Shown piece by piece: positions 29,454-39,399 of a stretch of 64,000 nt of DNA. The DNA is taken from the NCBI GenBank assembly GCA_001587575.1, contig LNJC01000003.1, positions 2,937 to 66,936 of the forward strand, given 5' to 3'. How positions within the stretch are numbered: position 1 is the stretch's first letter; each line of letters begins with the position of its first letter. Source of the DNA: Candidatus Methanofastidiosum methylothiophilum. GTDB taxonomy: Archaea > Methanobacteriota_B > Thermococci > Methanofastidiosales > Methanofastidiosaceae. Under the pieces are notes generated by a model. It did no database searches. It was given only the letters and a program-made list of their open reading frames with translations, and had not been told where the DNA came from. The position numbers were made by a program, and so were the translations under genes.

Positions 29454-30490
29454 TCTATTACCCCTGTAACTTTAGCAAGTTTTGTAGCTGCCCTCTCAGT
29501 AAGTCCACTCTCTCCAAGTATAGTGTATCTATCTCTAATCTTATGTGCCATTGTTAATGCTTTGATTATTTCTTGATCTGTGACTCCAAGTTCTTCTGCA
29601 TTTGTAGGCGCCTTTATTTTTTCCAATGCTTCTTTTATTGTTTTGTATTTGTCTTCTCTGTGTAAATACATAGTCATTATAGATCCAATTCCGCATTGTT
29701 CTCCATGCATTGCAGGTTTTTCTGCAATCATGTCAAGTGCGTGTGCAAATGCATGTTCTGCCCCCGAGGCAGGTCTAGAGGAACCAGCTATGCTCATAGC
29801 TACTCCAGAAGATATTAGCCCTTTCAAAACTTTTCTTGCCGATTCTTCTAGCCCTTCTTTTATAACATCGGCATTGTCAATTGTAACTTTAGCGCTCATA
29901 GACGACAAGGAGGCTGCATGTTCACTATAATATTCGCCTTTTAATTTATGCGCAAGTTGCCAATCTAAAACGGCGGTATAATTAGATATTAGATCTGCGC
30001 ATCCGGAAGCAATAAATCGATATGGGGCTTTAGAAACTATTTTAGTGTCTGCAATTATGGCAATAGGTGGTTGTGCTTCAATTGATAATTTTTTTTCACC
30101 GTCTCTAATTGAGGCTCTTGAAGAAGCTATCCCATCATGAGAGGCTACTGTTGGATAGCTGATAAAAGGTATACCAATATTAAAGGACGCAAGTTTTCCC
30201 ACATCAATAACGGATCCACCGCCAATTGAAACAACTATATCGTATTTTCCATTTTTCAAAAAATCTGCAACTGAGTGTACTTCAGCCATTGTAGCAGTTT
30301 TCACTTCAAGATGGTCACAATTTAAATCATCAGATACTTTTTTCCCAACAATCCCTCTTGTTATTGGATCGTCAAGAACGGCTGGATTTTTATATCCTAA
30401 TTTTTCAACAGTTGTTTTTACTGAGCTCCAGAGATCTGAGCCCATAACAACCATTCTCGAAAGATTGATGATATGAATAGGATTATCCAT
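29450..30490 (-). CDS. egsA: NAD(P)-dependent glycerol-1-phosphate dehydrogenase
   Basis: It has the GGGSVIDVGK Rossmann motif, the metal-binding D...H...H pattern (HDGIASSRAS, AEHAFAHALD), a length of 346 aa, and is archaea-specific. Confidence 0.8.
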   Translation of the reverse strand: MDNPIHIINLSRMVVMGSDLWSSVKTTVEKLGYKNPAVLDDPITRGIVGKKVSDDLNCDHLEVKTATMAEVHSVADFLKNGKYDIVVSIGGGSVIDVGKLASFNIGIPFISYPTVASHDGIASSRASIRDGEKKLSIEAQPPIAIIADTKIVSKAPYRFIASGCADLISNYTAVLDWQLAHKLKGEYYSEHAASLSSMSAKVTIDNADVIKEGLEESARKVLKGLISSGVAMSIAGSSRPASGAEHAFAHALDMIAEKPAMHGEQCGIGSIMTMYLHREDKYKTIKEALEKIKAPTNAEELGVTDQEIIKALTMAHKIRDRYTILGESGLTERAATKLAKVTGVID

Positions 30491-30528
30491 AAAAATAACT
30501 GTTTGATAGTATTAATAAGTCTTTTGAA

Positions 30529-31362
30529 TCAGAAAAGAGAAGGTAATAAGGTATTTCTGAATCCTGGCCCAAATCCTAGTATAAAAATCAATACTTTTAT
30601 CGACAGGTAGAAGTTATTCATCATCAAAGTTGTGACTTTAAATCTATATCTAAAAATAGTGACTTCCTTTTCCTTGAAGTTTTTTCTTTCTTCTTTGTAT
30701 AAAGTGTCAAGTAAGTAAATAACTACAAGTATCAGTACTAGTTTAAGAGGTATCATAACTAAAGCAGTGCCTGAGAGATTAATAAGAAATAGAGGTAACA
30801 AATGTTCTTCCCCAAAACCATAATAATCAATTGCTATAAAAGTGGCGCAACCATCCAGTAGGTGGCCAAATAGAATTGCAGTATTTTCAAATTCTTTAAG
30901 AGGTTTGTAAAAAATAGAAGATAGAAAATAGACTGCTAAAGTTATTCCAAAAGCCATTAGTAGAGGTACCGCCATCCTCAAAGGATAGTTAAAAAATGGG
31001 ATTAAGTTGGCCAAGAAATAAATCGTGCCAAGTATTCCAACTGCAAAAGGAAGTTTCCAATAAGATAATATATTTCTTTTTTCAAGTTGGTATCCAAGTA
31101 AGATAGTAAAGAATGCAAGAATGAATGTTACTACATAAACTCCGGGGGTTATATTCCAAAATTTTGATCTTTCGTAGTGTCCGACATCTGCTAATACACG
31201 CAAGGCAATTGCCATGATCATATAAGGAGAAATAGCGATTATGAAGGTCTTATCAATTTTTATTTTATTGAAAAGAAATTTTAACGCAAGACCCAATAAA
31301 ACTAAAAGGATCCCTATGTACATAACATAGTCTTGAGGTTGGTATACTCCCATAAAATACAC
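30529..31362 (-). CDS. polytopic membrane protein (DUF63-like)
   Basis: The 277-aa protein has at least 6 TM helices and a conserved-looking HLLDGCATFIAIDYYGFGEEH segment. Confidence 0.35.
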   Translation of the reverse strand: MYFMGVYQPQDYVMYIGILLVLLGLALKFLFNKIKIDKTFIIAISPYMIMAIALRVLADVGHYERSKFWNITPGVYVVTFILAFFTILLGYQLEKRNILSYWKLPFAVGILGTIYFLANLIPFFNYPLRMAVPLLMAFGITLAVYFLSSIFYKPLKEFENTAILFGHLLDGCATFIAIDYYGFGEEHLLPLFLINLSGTALVMIPLKLVLILVVIYLLDTLYKEERKNFKEKEVTIFRYRFKVTTLMMNNFYLSIKVLIFILGFGPGFRNTLLPSLF

Positions 31363-31384
31363 GAGCTACTTAATTTAAAAAGGT

Positions 31385-33475
31385 TTATGGTTTCTGTCTT
31401 AATACGTCAACCATTTTTTGATATATCTCTTTTTCTTTTCCTTCGGTTATTTTGGAAAGCCTTTCAACGATTAATTCAGGAGTACTTTTCCCAGCTTTGT
31501 AAAATACGGGTTGTCTATCTACAATTAAGTCTAATGATTCGTCCAATCCTTTTGCTTCTATTCCATCAACTCTCATATCTTCTGGCAACTTACCTTCTAT
31601 TGATTTAATTGAGGAGATTATATCTTCACCAAGGTGCGTAACAATTACACAAATAGTATTAGAACTTCTTAAGAAATTCAAGAATGTAGCTATGATTCTT
31701 GCAGCAGATCCTGGTTCTGTAATTGCTTCTAGTTCATCAACAAATAGCAATCTCTTCTTCTCTTCAATTGCAAGAGGTACAAGTCTTTTAAGACTAGTTT
31801 CAAAGGCACCCCTAGATTCTCCCCTATGTTTTGATAGGAAGCCTATTTCATCAAATATTGAAGTATATGGATTTTCAGCAGGTACTAAGAATCCCATTTG
31901 AAAAAGAATTTGAATAGTAAGAGCTAATTTCAAAAGAGTGGTTTTACCTCCAGAATTAGCTCCCGTTAATAAAATTACGTTTTCATTTCCACTCATTGAG
32001 TCTTCTGTCGTACCAATTTTATAATTAATAAAAACTGGATTCTGAATTAAAACATTTTTACCATTCCTAAAACTTAATCCTTTATCAGCTATCTTTGGCA
32101 TCAGAAGATTTTTTTCAACTGCAAATCTTCCCATAGCAACAAAAAAATCAATGTCATAACATTCTTCGACCCTCTGGCTTAAGAAATCCCACAACTCAGA
32201 TATGTCCATCATTTCTTTTTTGATTTCAAACTCTCTCTTAGAAATCTCTTTTCTGATAGTTTCTTTAATTTCAAATAACTCGTTTCTATTTGCTTCTATT
32301 GGGAAAGAAACTTCCTCAGGAAATAATTCTGAAACATCCAAGCCTGTCTTTTGATTCAAATTTTCTATTGATTCTTTTATAATTTTTCTATATGATTCCT
32401 CTAGTTGTTTTGGAATATAACTTTGAAATGCTTTAAGAGGATCTGAATGCTTTATGTCAGATAACATTGATAATATGTCTTTGCCAGCGATACCTATATT
32501 CTGCTCTTCAATTATTTTAGAAAATCTCTCATTGATATCTTTCTCAATTGATTTGACCAGCTCTTCCAGATTTAGTCCTACTTTTAACTTGTTAAGTCTC
32601 TCATCTGGGAAATTTCCTTTAGAAAATGATTCAACTTTATCTGATATCATTTGGAGTTTTTGAACATATTCCGATAGTTTTTCTCCATCGTCTGTTGCTA
32701 CTCCTCGACTATTTTTTATCTCAAAAAGAGTTTTATACAACTCGAGGATTAACTTTATTTTTTGAGCATTTTCTATAAATCGTTCAATGAAAATTTCAGG
32801 CACAATATCTCTTAAAGAAAAATCTTCAACATTTATTGAAAAATCAGAAATCTCAGAAAGTGTATCATATACTCCAGAATTTTTTCCATATATATAGAAT
32901 ACCAAAGGATAATCATCTCTAATACCTCTTGTTTCATTAGGGGAAGAGATGTATATAGAATCATAATACTCTGATTTTATCTTAGTTGAGACTTCTTCAT
33001 CGTCTGTAACTAAAACCCTATCTCGAAATTTTTTGAATACGGGAATTTTTAAATCTGATATCCCATCTAGATATTGGATTATCTTCTTAATTTCTTCTTG
33101 AGATAACCCTTCAACGAAATTTTTTGCTTTTTGACAGTAGTTTAATCTCCTTAATATTAGTTCTTTGTCCCTTAAAGGCATGTAAAGATTAAATCTATTC
33201 CTTGATCTCTCAGTTCTGGGGTAAGAAACAAGAATAGATAATATTTCTTCATATATTTCCCAAGCGTCCCCAAAGAGAACATCTTCGTATTTTTTACCTG
33301 TTAATATTTCAAATGTTTCTTTTTGAATTTGCATTACTTTCTTTTTACCAAATCCGGGGATCTTCAATAATTTTTCAAGCTCTAGCTTTTCAATTATATT
33401 TTTTAATTCTTCTTCATTATAGTATTCCAAAGCCTTTTCAAGCCCTTTTTCTCCTAGGATTTGGCAAATGTCCAT
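31385..33475 (-). CDS. MutS2-family protein (MutS ATPase domain, no Smr), with N-terminal helix-hairpin-helix region
   Basis: It has Walker A GANSGGKTTLLK, LFVDELEAITEPGSAARI (the MutS domain V signature region), and a HhH motif IPGFGKKKVMQI near the N-terminus. Length is 696 aa. Confidence 0.6.
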   Translation of the reverse strand: MDICQILGEKGLEKALEYYNEEELKNIIEKLELEKLLKIPGFGKKKVMQIQKETFEILTGKKYEDVLFGDAWEIYEEILSILVSYPRTERSRNRFNLYMPLRDKELILRRLNYCQKAKNFVEGLSQEEIKKIIQYLDGISDLKIPVFKKFRDRVLVTDDEEVSTKIKSEYYDSIYISSPNETRGIRDDYPLVFYIYGKNSGVYDTLSEISDFSINVEDFSLRDIVPEIFIERFIENAQKIKLILELYKTLFEIKNSRGVATDDGEKLSEYVQKLQMISDKVESFSKGNFPDERLNKLKVGLNLEELVKSIEKDINERFSKIIEEQNIGIAGKDILSMLSDIKHSDPLKAFQSYIPKQLEESYRKIIKESIENLNQKTGLDVSELFPEEVSFPIEANRNELFEIKETIRKEISKREFEIKKEMMDISELWDFLSQRVEECYDIDFFVAMGRFAVEKNLLMPKIADKGLSFRNGKNVLIQNPVFINYKIGTTEDSMSGNENVILLTGANSGGKTTLLKLALTIQILFQMGFLVPAENPYTSIFDEIGFLSKHRGESRGAFETSLKRLVPLAIEEKKRLLFVDELEAITEPGSAARIIATFLNFLRSSNTICVIVTHLGEDIISSIKSIEGKLPEDMRVDGIEAKGLDESLDLIVDRQPVFYKAGKSTPELIVERLSKITEGKEKEIYQKMVDVLRQKP

Positions 33476-34023
33476 TAAAGTCTGTACCCCCTAGCAAATT
33501 CACTGTTTACACTTAATACGCCTTCATTAAACTTGAATAAATCGCTAGTTGAATTAGGTAGTTTATCAGCTTTTTCTTGATCAGTTATAACTGCCCCATG
33601 TGGAACTAATTTTTTATCTCCAATTTTTACACCTATAACTATAGCACCGTGACCTATGAAACATTCTTTTCCGATCTCCGAACTGTGGACTACTGCCCTA
33701 AATCCAACAAAAGAGTTGTCACCAATTTTAGTGGGACCATGAATAACCGCACCATGGGCAATTGAAGTTTTTTTACCTATCTCAACTGAAGTGTGTTCCA
33801 ATGCATGCACAATCACTCCATCCTGTAAATTAGTTTCATCCCCAATTATTAAAGGGGTTCCCTCGTCTGCTCTCAATGAAACAAAAGGTGCGACATAAAC
33901 ACCTTTTCCAATTCTAACGTCACCAATTACGGAAGACATTTCGTCACAAAAACTTTCTTTATCAATATTTGGGTATCTACACTCCTTATTAAAGGAACAA
34001 GATGGATTTTCTTTTATTGTCAT
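33475..34023 (-). CDS. gamma-class carbonic anhydrase-like / hexapeptide-repeat (LbH) protein
   Basis: Left-handed beta-helix hexapeptide repeats (IGDVRIGKGVYVAPF, IGDETNLQDGVIVH, IGKKTSIAHGAVIHG) are typical of the gamma-CA/CamH family. The track ORF extends 35 codons into hypD. The start at MTIKENPS is preferred. Confidence 0.6.
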   Translation of the reverse strand: MTIKENPSCSFNKECRYPNIDKESFCDEMSSVIGDVRIGKGVYVAPFVSLRADEGTPLIIGDETNLQDGVIVHALEHTSVEIGKKTSIAHGAVIHGPTKIGDNSFVGFRAVVHSSEIGKECFIGHGAIVIGVKIGDKKLVPHGAVITDQEKADKLPNSTSDLFKFNEGVLSVNSEFARGYRL

Positions 34024-34027
34024 ATTT

Positions 34028-35098
34028 TCACCTGAAAGATTTTTCATATTTAAACGAGATATAACAAGCACCTTCTCTGGAAACCATGCACGGCCCTTTA
34101 GGATTTTGGGGAGTGCATATATTCCCAAATAGGGGGCATTCTCTTGGAATTTTTTCTGCTCTTAAAACTTCTGGGCAGCTACATTCTTTCTCTTCTGGGA
34201 TATCCTCTATTTCTATATTAAATTCCTTGTATGCATCTTTGTTAGAGAACTCTTTTCTTAGAGAGAGTCCAGATCCTGGAATACTTGGAAATCCTCTCCA
34301 TCTGATATCAAAAGGTTCAAATACCTTTTCCATCAATTTTTGGGCTTTGGGATTACCTTCTTTCCTTACGCCACGGACATATTCATTTTCAACTTCTGCT
34401 CTTTTCTCTTTAATCTGCTTTAATAAAAGATAAATTCCCATAAGAATATCGTTGGGTTCAAATCCACATATAACTTGGGGAATTTTAAATTTATTAGAGA
34501 TGGGCTCATATGGCTTTGTTCCAATTATTGTAGAAACATGACCAGGATCTATAAAGCCTGCAATATTAATTTTACCGCTACTTAGTAATAAATCCATTGC
34601 AGGGGGGATTATTCTATGTGCCGATATAACATAAAAATTGTCGGGGGAGTTAAGAACTGCAACTGCAGTTGTTGGAGAAGTTGTTTCAAATCCAATTGCA
34701 AAATGAACTATTTTTTTATCAGAATTTGATAACGCAAGATTAATTGAATCGTTAATGCTATACACTAACCTAATATCAAGCCCTGAAGCTTTTGCATCTG
34801 ATAAGGAATGTTTAGACGGAACTCTTATCATGTCACCATAAGTAGTTACAATAGCACCTTTTTCGGCTATTTTTACTGCAGCTTCTATTTCTCCTTGTGT
34901 GGTAACACAGACTGGACATCCAGGGCCAGAAATAACTTGTATATTTTCGGGCAATAGCGCCCTAATGCCATAATGAGTAATCACATGTTCGTGCGTACCA
35001 CATACGTGACAGAGTTTTACTTCCCCTAAACTTTTAGAGATTTCTGATATTTTTTTCGTTAATACGTCTGAAGCACTTCGATTCTTATATAAATCCAC
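34028..35098 (-). CDS. hypD: [NiFe]-hydrogenase maturation factor HypD
   Basis: It has the motifs CHVCGTHEH, GPGCPVCVT and FAIGFETT. Length is 356 aa. Confidence 0.85.
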   Translation of the reverse strand: MDLYKNRSASDVLTKKISEISKSLGEVKLCHVCGTHEHVITHYGIRALLPENIQVISGPGCPVCVTTQGEIEAAVKIAEKGAIVTTYGDMIRVPSKHSLSDAKASGLDIRLVYSINDSINLALSNSDKKIVHFAIGFETTSPTTAVAVLNSPDNFYVISAHRIIPPAMDLLLSSGKINIAGFIDPGHVSTIIGTKPYEPISNKFKIPQVICGFEPNDILMGIYLLLKQIKEKRAEVENEYVRGVRKEGNPKAQKLMEKVFEPFDIRWRGFPSIPGSGLSLRKEFSNKDAYKEFNIEIEDIPEEKECSCPEVLRAEKIPRECPLFGNICTPQNPKGPCMVSREGACYISFKYEKSFR

Positions 35099-35322
35099 TA
35101 ATAATCCTCCTCAGCTTTTAGAAGTTCTTTCCATATGTCTAATGATTCAAGTGCATCTTTCTCATCCATTTTCTCAATAGCAAATCCTGTATGAACAATA
35201 ACGTAATCCCCAATTTTAACATCCACAAGGTCTAATCTTACTTCTCTTTTAACTCCGTTAAAATCAACTATCCCAACGGTATCCTTTATTTCTATAACTT
35301 TGCCAGGAACTGCAAGACACAT
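35098..35322 (-). CDS. hypC: [NiFe]-hydrogenase maturation factor HypC
   Basis: The N-terminus MCLAVPGKVIEI carries the essential Cys2. Length is 74 aa, and its stop overlaps the hypD start. Confidence 0.8.
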   Translation of the reverse strand: MCLAVPGKVIEIKDTVGIVDFNGVKREVRLDLVDVKIGDYVIVHTGFAIEKMDEKDALESLDIWKELLKAEEDY

Positions 35323-35610
35323 GATTTTTACCTTATTGTATTGATTAAAAAGTCTTTCTTTGGTATAGAAGTATATATTTAATAATTCAATGATGACTAA
35401 GAATTAAATCATGGAGGTTAAGTTAGTATTGTTAATTAAAAATATGATAGACTTAGTAAAAAATTCTTTATTTAATATTAATTATTATGTAAAAATTAAT
35501 ATTCCTTAAAATATAGTTGTATAGAATTATAATTCAAAATGTATAAAGTTATATATATTCAATTAATAAATTATATCGCAACATGAAAAAAATGTTGATT
35601 TGGTGAGTAT

Positions 35611-36294
35611 ATGGAAGAAGAATCTAAACAACAGATGAGTATGCCATTAATAGGAGACGATGCACCTAAATTTAAGGCAAAAACTACAATGGGGGAAATA
35701 AATTTTCCAGAAGATTACAAGGGCAAGTGGGTAATTCTTTTTAGTCACCCTGCAGATTTTACACCTGTATGTACAACTGAGTTTATGACATTTGCATCAA
35801 TGCAGAAAGAATTCAAAGATTTAAATTGTGAATTAATAGGTTTATCGATAGATAGTATTTATGCACACATTGCTTGGCTAAGAACAATAAAAGAGAAGAT
35901 CGAATATAAGGGAATGAAAAATGTAGAAATTATGTTTCCAGTTATAGAAGACTTAAAAATGGATGTTTCAAAGAAATTTGGAATGGTTCAACCAAATGCT
36001 TCTACTACCCAGGCGGTAAGGGCGGTATTTTTAATAGACCCAAAGGCAAAAGTAAGGGCAGTTCTTTACTACCCTCTTTCAAATGGAAGAAACATGCAAG
36101 AAATAAAGAGATTACTTGTTGCTATGCAAAAGTCAGACAAAGAACAGATTGCAACCCCTGCCAACTGGCAGCCAGGGGATGATGTAATAATACCCCCCCC
36201 AGGTTCTTGTGGAATGGCAAAAGAAAGAATGGAGAAAAAAGAAGAAGGTAAATACTGTCTTGACTGGTTCATGTGCTTTAGAAAAGAAAAATAA
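35611..36294 (+). CDS. peroxiredoxin (Prx6-type, AhpC/TSA family)
   Basis: The peroxidatic Cys sits in FTPVCTTEF, with WVILFSHPADF upstream. The C-terminal extension is typical of archaeal Prx. The true start is probably the internal MSMPLIGDDAP. Confidence 0.8.
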   Translation: MEEESKQQMSMPLIGDDAPKFKAKTTMGEINFPEDYKGKWVILFSHPADFTPVCTTEFMTFASMQKEFKDLNCELIGLSIDSIYAHIAWLRTIKEKIEYKGMKNVEIMFPVIEDLKMDVSKKFGMVQPNASTTQAVRAVFLIDPKAKVRAVLYYPLSNGRNMQEIKRLLVAMQKSDKEQIATPANWQPGDDVIIPPPGSCGMAKERMEKKEEGKYCLDWFMCFRKEK

Positions 36295-36426
36295 ATTTAA
36301 GCATAAATTAATTTTATATTTTTTTTAATTGATTATTTTAAAGGATAATTTCTTAGTTAGTATATCATGTTACTAATTTTTTCAAATTGACAATAATATT
36401 ATAAATATAGAAATTATGACTTTATT

Positions 36427-37182
36427 ATGGCAAAATGGTATGAAGAATTATTTGATAATTATTCTAAGACTTACGAAAATGAAGAATTCACTAAGGGTAC
36501 AACGGGCGAAATTGATTTTATTGAAAAAGAAATTAATTATAATAAATCGATGAAAATTTTAGATATCGGATGTGGTACAGGAAGACACTCAATTGAACTC
36601 GCAAAAAGAGGCTATAAAGTAACAGGAATTGACCTATCCGAATGTATGTTAGAAAGAGCAAAAGAAAAGGCCAAAGAATCAAATGTCAAAGTTGATTTTA
36701 TTAAAGCTGATGCAAGAGAATTAAAATTTGAAAATCAATTTGACCTTGCCCTTATGATCTGTGAAGGTGGATTTCCTTTAATGGAAACAGATGAGATGAA
36801 TTTTAAGATACTTCAAAGTGCTGCTAAAGCTCTAAATCACAAGGGAAAATTCATTCTGACTACATTAAACGGGCTTTTTCCATTATTCCATTCAGTTAAA
36901 GATTTTATTAACTCTAAATCCGTCGATGGAAAAACAGATGGGAATACCTTTGATTTAATGACTTTTAGGGATAAATCAATTCTAGAAATAACAGATGACA
37001 CTGGAAATATAAAAAAAATTAAATGTGATGAACGTTACTATGTTCCTTCAGAGATCACCTGGTTGTTGAAAACTCTAAATTTTAAAAAGATAGACATATA
37101 TGGCTGCAAACTAGGCGCATTTAGTAGGAAAAATGCATTGACAACTGAAGATTATGAGATGCTTGTAATTGCAGAGTTTTAA
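36427..37182 (+). CDS. class I SAM-dependent methyltransferase
   Basis: Motif I ILDIGCGTGRHS and an acidic post-I residue (GIDLSE) are present. Length is 251 aa. Confidence 0.65.
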   Translation: MAKWYEELFDNYSKTYENEEFTKGTTGEIDFIEKEINYNKSMKILDIGCGTGRHSIELAKRGYKVTGIDLSECMLERAKEKAKESNVKVDFIKADARELKFENQFDLALMICEGGFPLMETDEMNFKILQSAAKALNHKGKFILTTLNGLFPLFHSVKDFINSKSVDGKTDGNTFDLMTFRDKSILEITDDTGNIKKIKCDERYYVPSEITWLLKTLNFKKIDIYGCKLGAFSRKNALTTEDYEMLVIAEF

Positions 37183-37234
37183 TTGACTATTTCGATTACG
37201 TAAGATTTAAAAATAAGACATATATGATTAAACG

Positions 37235-37290
37235 AGGAGAAGGTAAAATTTCAGCCATATCGCCAGTATGCTTTCTTATTACCTTCTCCT
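37235..37290. repeat. perfect 12-bp inverted repeat (AGGAGAAGGTAA ... TTACCTTCTCCT) with a 32-nt loop, between the methyltransferase stop and the phosphoesterase promoter
   Basis: Read directly from the sequence: 37235-37246 is the exact reverse complement of 37279-37290. Confidence 0.6.
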
Positions 37291-37327
37291 TCAAAATCTT
37301 TAAATAGAAATTTTTATTTCCTATAGT

Positions 37328-37972
37328 ATGGATATTTGTGTAATAACAGATGTACACGGAAAGAAAAGTTGTTTAAAAAAATTACTTGATTCGATTAATA
37401 TTAAACAATTTGATCTTTTACTTTGTTGTGGGGATATTACTTCCTTTGGAGGGGAAAGAGAAGCAAAGGAAGTAATACAACTTGTGCCAAATATGCCATT
37501 TTATACCGTTTTTGGAAACTGTGACAAAAGTGAGGTGAGAGACTATATTGCCTCAGAAGGAATTTCACTTCACGAAAAAGAAATCAAAATAGGAGATTAC
37601 TCGTTAGGAGGGTTTGGAGGCTCTAATAAATCTCCTTTTGGAACTCCTTTAGAGTATGAAGAAGATCAAATAATGGCAGGCCTTTCAAAACTTTCATTTG
37701 AGAAAATGATCTTAGTCACTCACGTTCCCCCCTATGCAACTAAGCTCGATAGAATTGGGAATAATAAGCCCATTGGAAGTATTTCAGTTAAAAACATCAT
37801 TGAAAAAAGACAGCCTTTAGTTGCAATCTCTGGTCATGTTCATGAATCTAGAGCTATTGATCTGATAGGAAAAACTCATTTATTAAATCCTGGGCCATTA
37901 AAAGATGGTTATTATGGAGTAGTTAAAATTAATCAAGAAAAAATAAAAGTTGAATTAAAAGAAATCGATTAA
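37328..37972 (+). CDS. metallophosphoesterase (calcineurin-like, MJ0936/YfcE-type)
   Basis: It has the DVHG, GDITSFG, GNCD and GHVHE motifs in the canonical order. Length is 214 aa. Confidence 0.65.
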   Translation: MDICVITDVHGKKSCLKKLLDSINIKQFDLLLCCGDITSFGGEREAKEVIQLVPNMPFYTVFGNCDKSEVRDYIASEGISLHEKEIKIGDYSLGGFGGSNKSPFGTPLEYEEDQIMAGLSKLSFEKMILVTHVPPYATKLDRIGNNKPIGSISVKNIIEKRQPLVAISGHVHESRAIDLIGKTHLLNPGPLKDGYYGVVKINQEKIKVELKEID

Positions 37973-38006
37973 ATATATTTAAATATATGTAAAATAAATT
38001 AATTGC

Positions 38007-38429
38007 ATGATTTACGAGATTTTAATAGGTGCGGTCGTTTTAATATCTATTCTATTTGTAATTTATTTCTTTTATGCGCCGAAAAAGGAAGGAATACCAA
38101 AAGAGCCCGCTAAAAGACCGATTACTCACGAAGATGTTCCATCAGTTCCATATTATTCTGAAGGGGAAGTAATAGTAGAAGACGAACTATTTGGAATGAA
38201 AATGATCTGGGATGCTTATGAAGATAGGGTCGAGAATTTTATCAAATTTCTTGAGAACTCCAGAGGAGTTCAGGATCCTAAAGTTATAAGTACATTCCAG
38301 GATATAGAAGGAGATTATGTTAAAATGAAAAAAAGACTTCAGCCTTTCCTAAGAGATAATATGGTCAAAAGAATGGATGAAAGAATTTTGTATGCAAGAA
38401 ATCTAATAAATAAAAAATTTAGATATTGA
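38007..38429 (+). CDS. hypothetical protein with N-terminal TM anchor
   Basis: The 140-aa protein has a hydrophobic N-terminus ILIGAVVLISILFVIYFFY followed by a soluble domain. No family was recognised. Confidence 0.3.
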   Translation: MIYEILIGAVVLISILFVIYFFYAPKKEGIPKEPAKRPITHEDVPSVPYYSEGEVIVEDELFGMKMIWDAYEDRVENFIKFLENSRGVQDPKVISTFQDIEGDYVKMKKRLQPFLRDNMVKRMDERILYARNLINKKFRY

Positions 38430-38480
38430 GTAAACTTCTTTTACAATAAACTTTAATATTAATCTTTTTTATATTGACTG

Positions 38481-39383
38481 ATGTTTGGAATTCCTTTATT
38501 GATAATTGTTTTCTCAGTAATATTAGGGCTATATTTTCCTATTTTTGGAAAAGGATTATCTCCAATAGTTCCATTTTTGCAAGGTATATTAATTTTCTTA
38601 TCCACTATTAAGGTAGATTTCAACATTTATAAGAAATATAAAGAACTTCTAAAGCCTTTCTTCTTAGGTTTTTTCACATGCTATTTATTTATCCCATTGC
38701 TCTTTTTTTTTGTCGGATTATTTCTTATTAAAATTAATTTAATCAATTTCCCCTTATTTGTTGGTATTATTATAACTAGTAGCGTGCCCTTGGCAGCAGG
38801 TTCTACTCTTATTTGGTCAAAAGAACTAGGGGGAAAAGTAGAGATTACGCTGCTTTTGATAGTTACAACAATATTGGGTTCTCCTCTGATAACACCTACC
38901 TACATCTATCTTTTCTTGAGAGATGAAATAAATGTTAATGTCCAAAAAATGTTTCTTGAAATGGCACTTATAATTTTTATTCCTGTTTTAATCTCAATTC
39001 TTGCTAAGAAAAAGTTCACAAAAAATTTGAATTCAAATATTTCTTTTTTAGTCATGGGGATAATAATATACATAGCTGTTTCAAAGAGTGTTGAGAGATT
39101 AGATCTAGTAAGAGATTACTTAATCATTTCAATATTATTATCTATAATCTTTATTATAATTATACTAAGTATGGTGTCTATATTATCTAAAGCTTTTAGA
39201 TTAAAAGATGAAGAAAAAGAGTCAATCTTTATTCCTTCATTTTTTAAAAATATTAGTCTTGCAATTATTGTTGTTTCTTTTTTTGAACCAGAAGTGGTAT
39301 TCTTCCCCGTAGTGTATTATATTATGGAGCAACTTGTATCCCCAGTATATTATGAAATAAGAAAACTAAAATTAAATCAATAA
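38481..39383 (+). CDS. polytopic transporter, bile-acid:sodium symporter (BASS/SBF)-like
   Basis: The 300-aa protein has about 9 TM segments, and SSVPLAAGSTLIWSKELGG resembles the BASS crossover motif. Assignment is tentative. Confidence 0.4.
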   Translation: MFGIPLLIIVFSVILGLYFPIFGKGLSPIVPFLQGILIFLSTIKVDFNIYKKYKELLKPFFLGFFTCYLFIPLLFFFVGLFLIKINLINFPLFVGIIITSSVPLAAGSTLIWSKELGGKVEITLLLIVTTILGSPLITPTYIYLFLRDEINVNVQKMFLEMALIIFIPVLISILAKKKFTKNLNSNISFLVMGIIIYIAVSKSVERLDLVRDYLIISILLSIIFIIIILSMVSILSKAFRLKDEEKESIFIPSFFKNISLAIIVVSFFEPEVVFFPVVYYIMEQLVSPVYYEIRKLKLNQ

Positions 39384-39399
39384 ATTTTTATATATAAAA

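Noticed and set aside
33475-34128. Full-length 217-aa ORF for the gamma-CA-like gene
   Set aside because: The first ~35 codons overlap the 3' end of hypD by 100 nt and encode non-conserved sequence. The internal Met at 34023 gives a canonical gamma-CA N-terminus.
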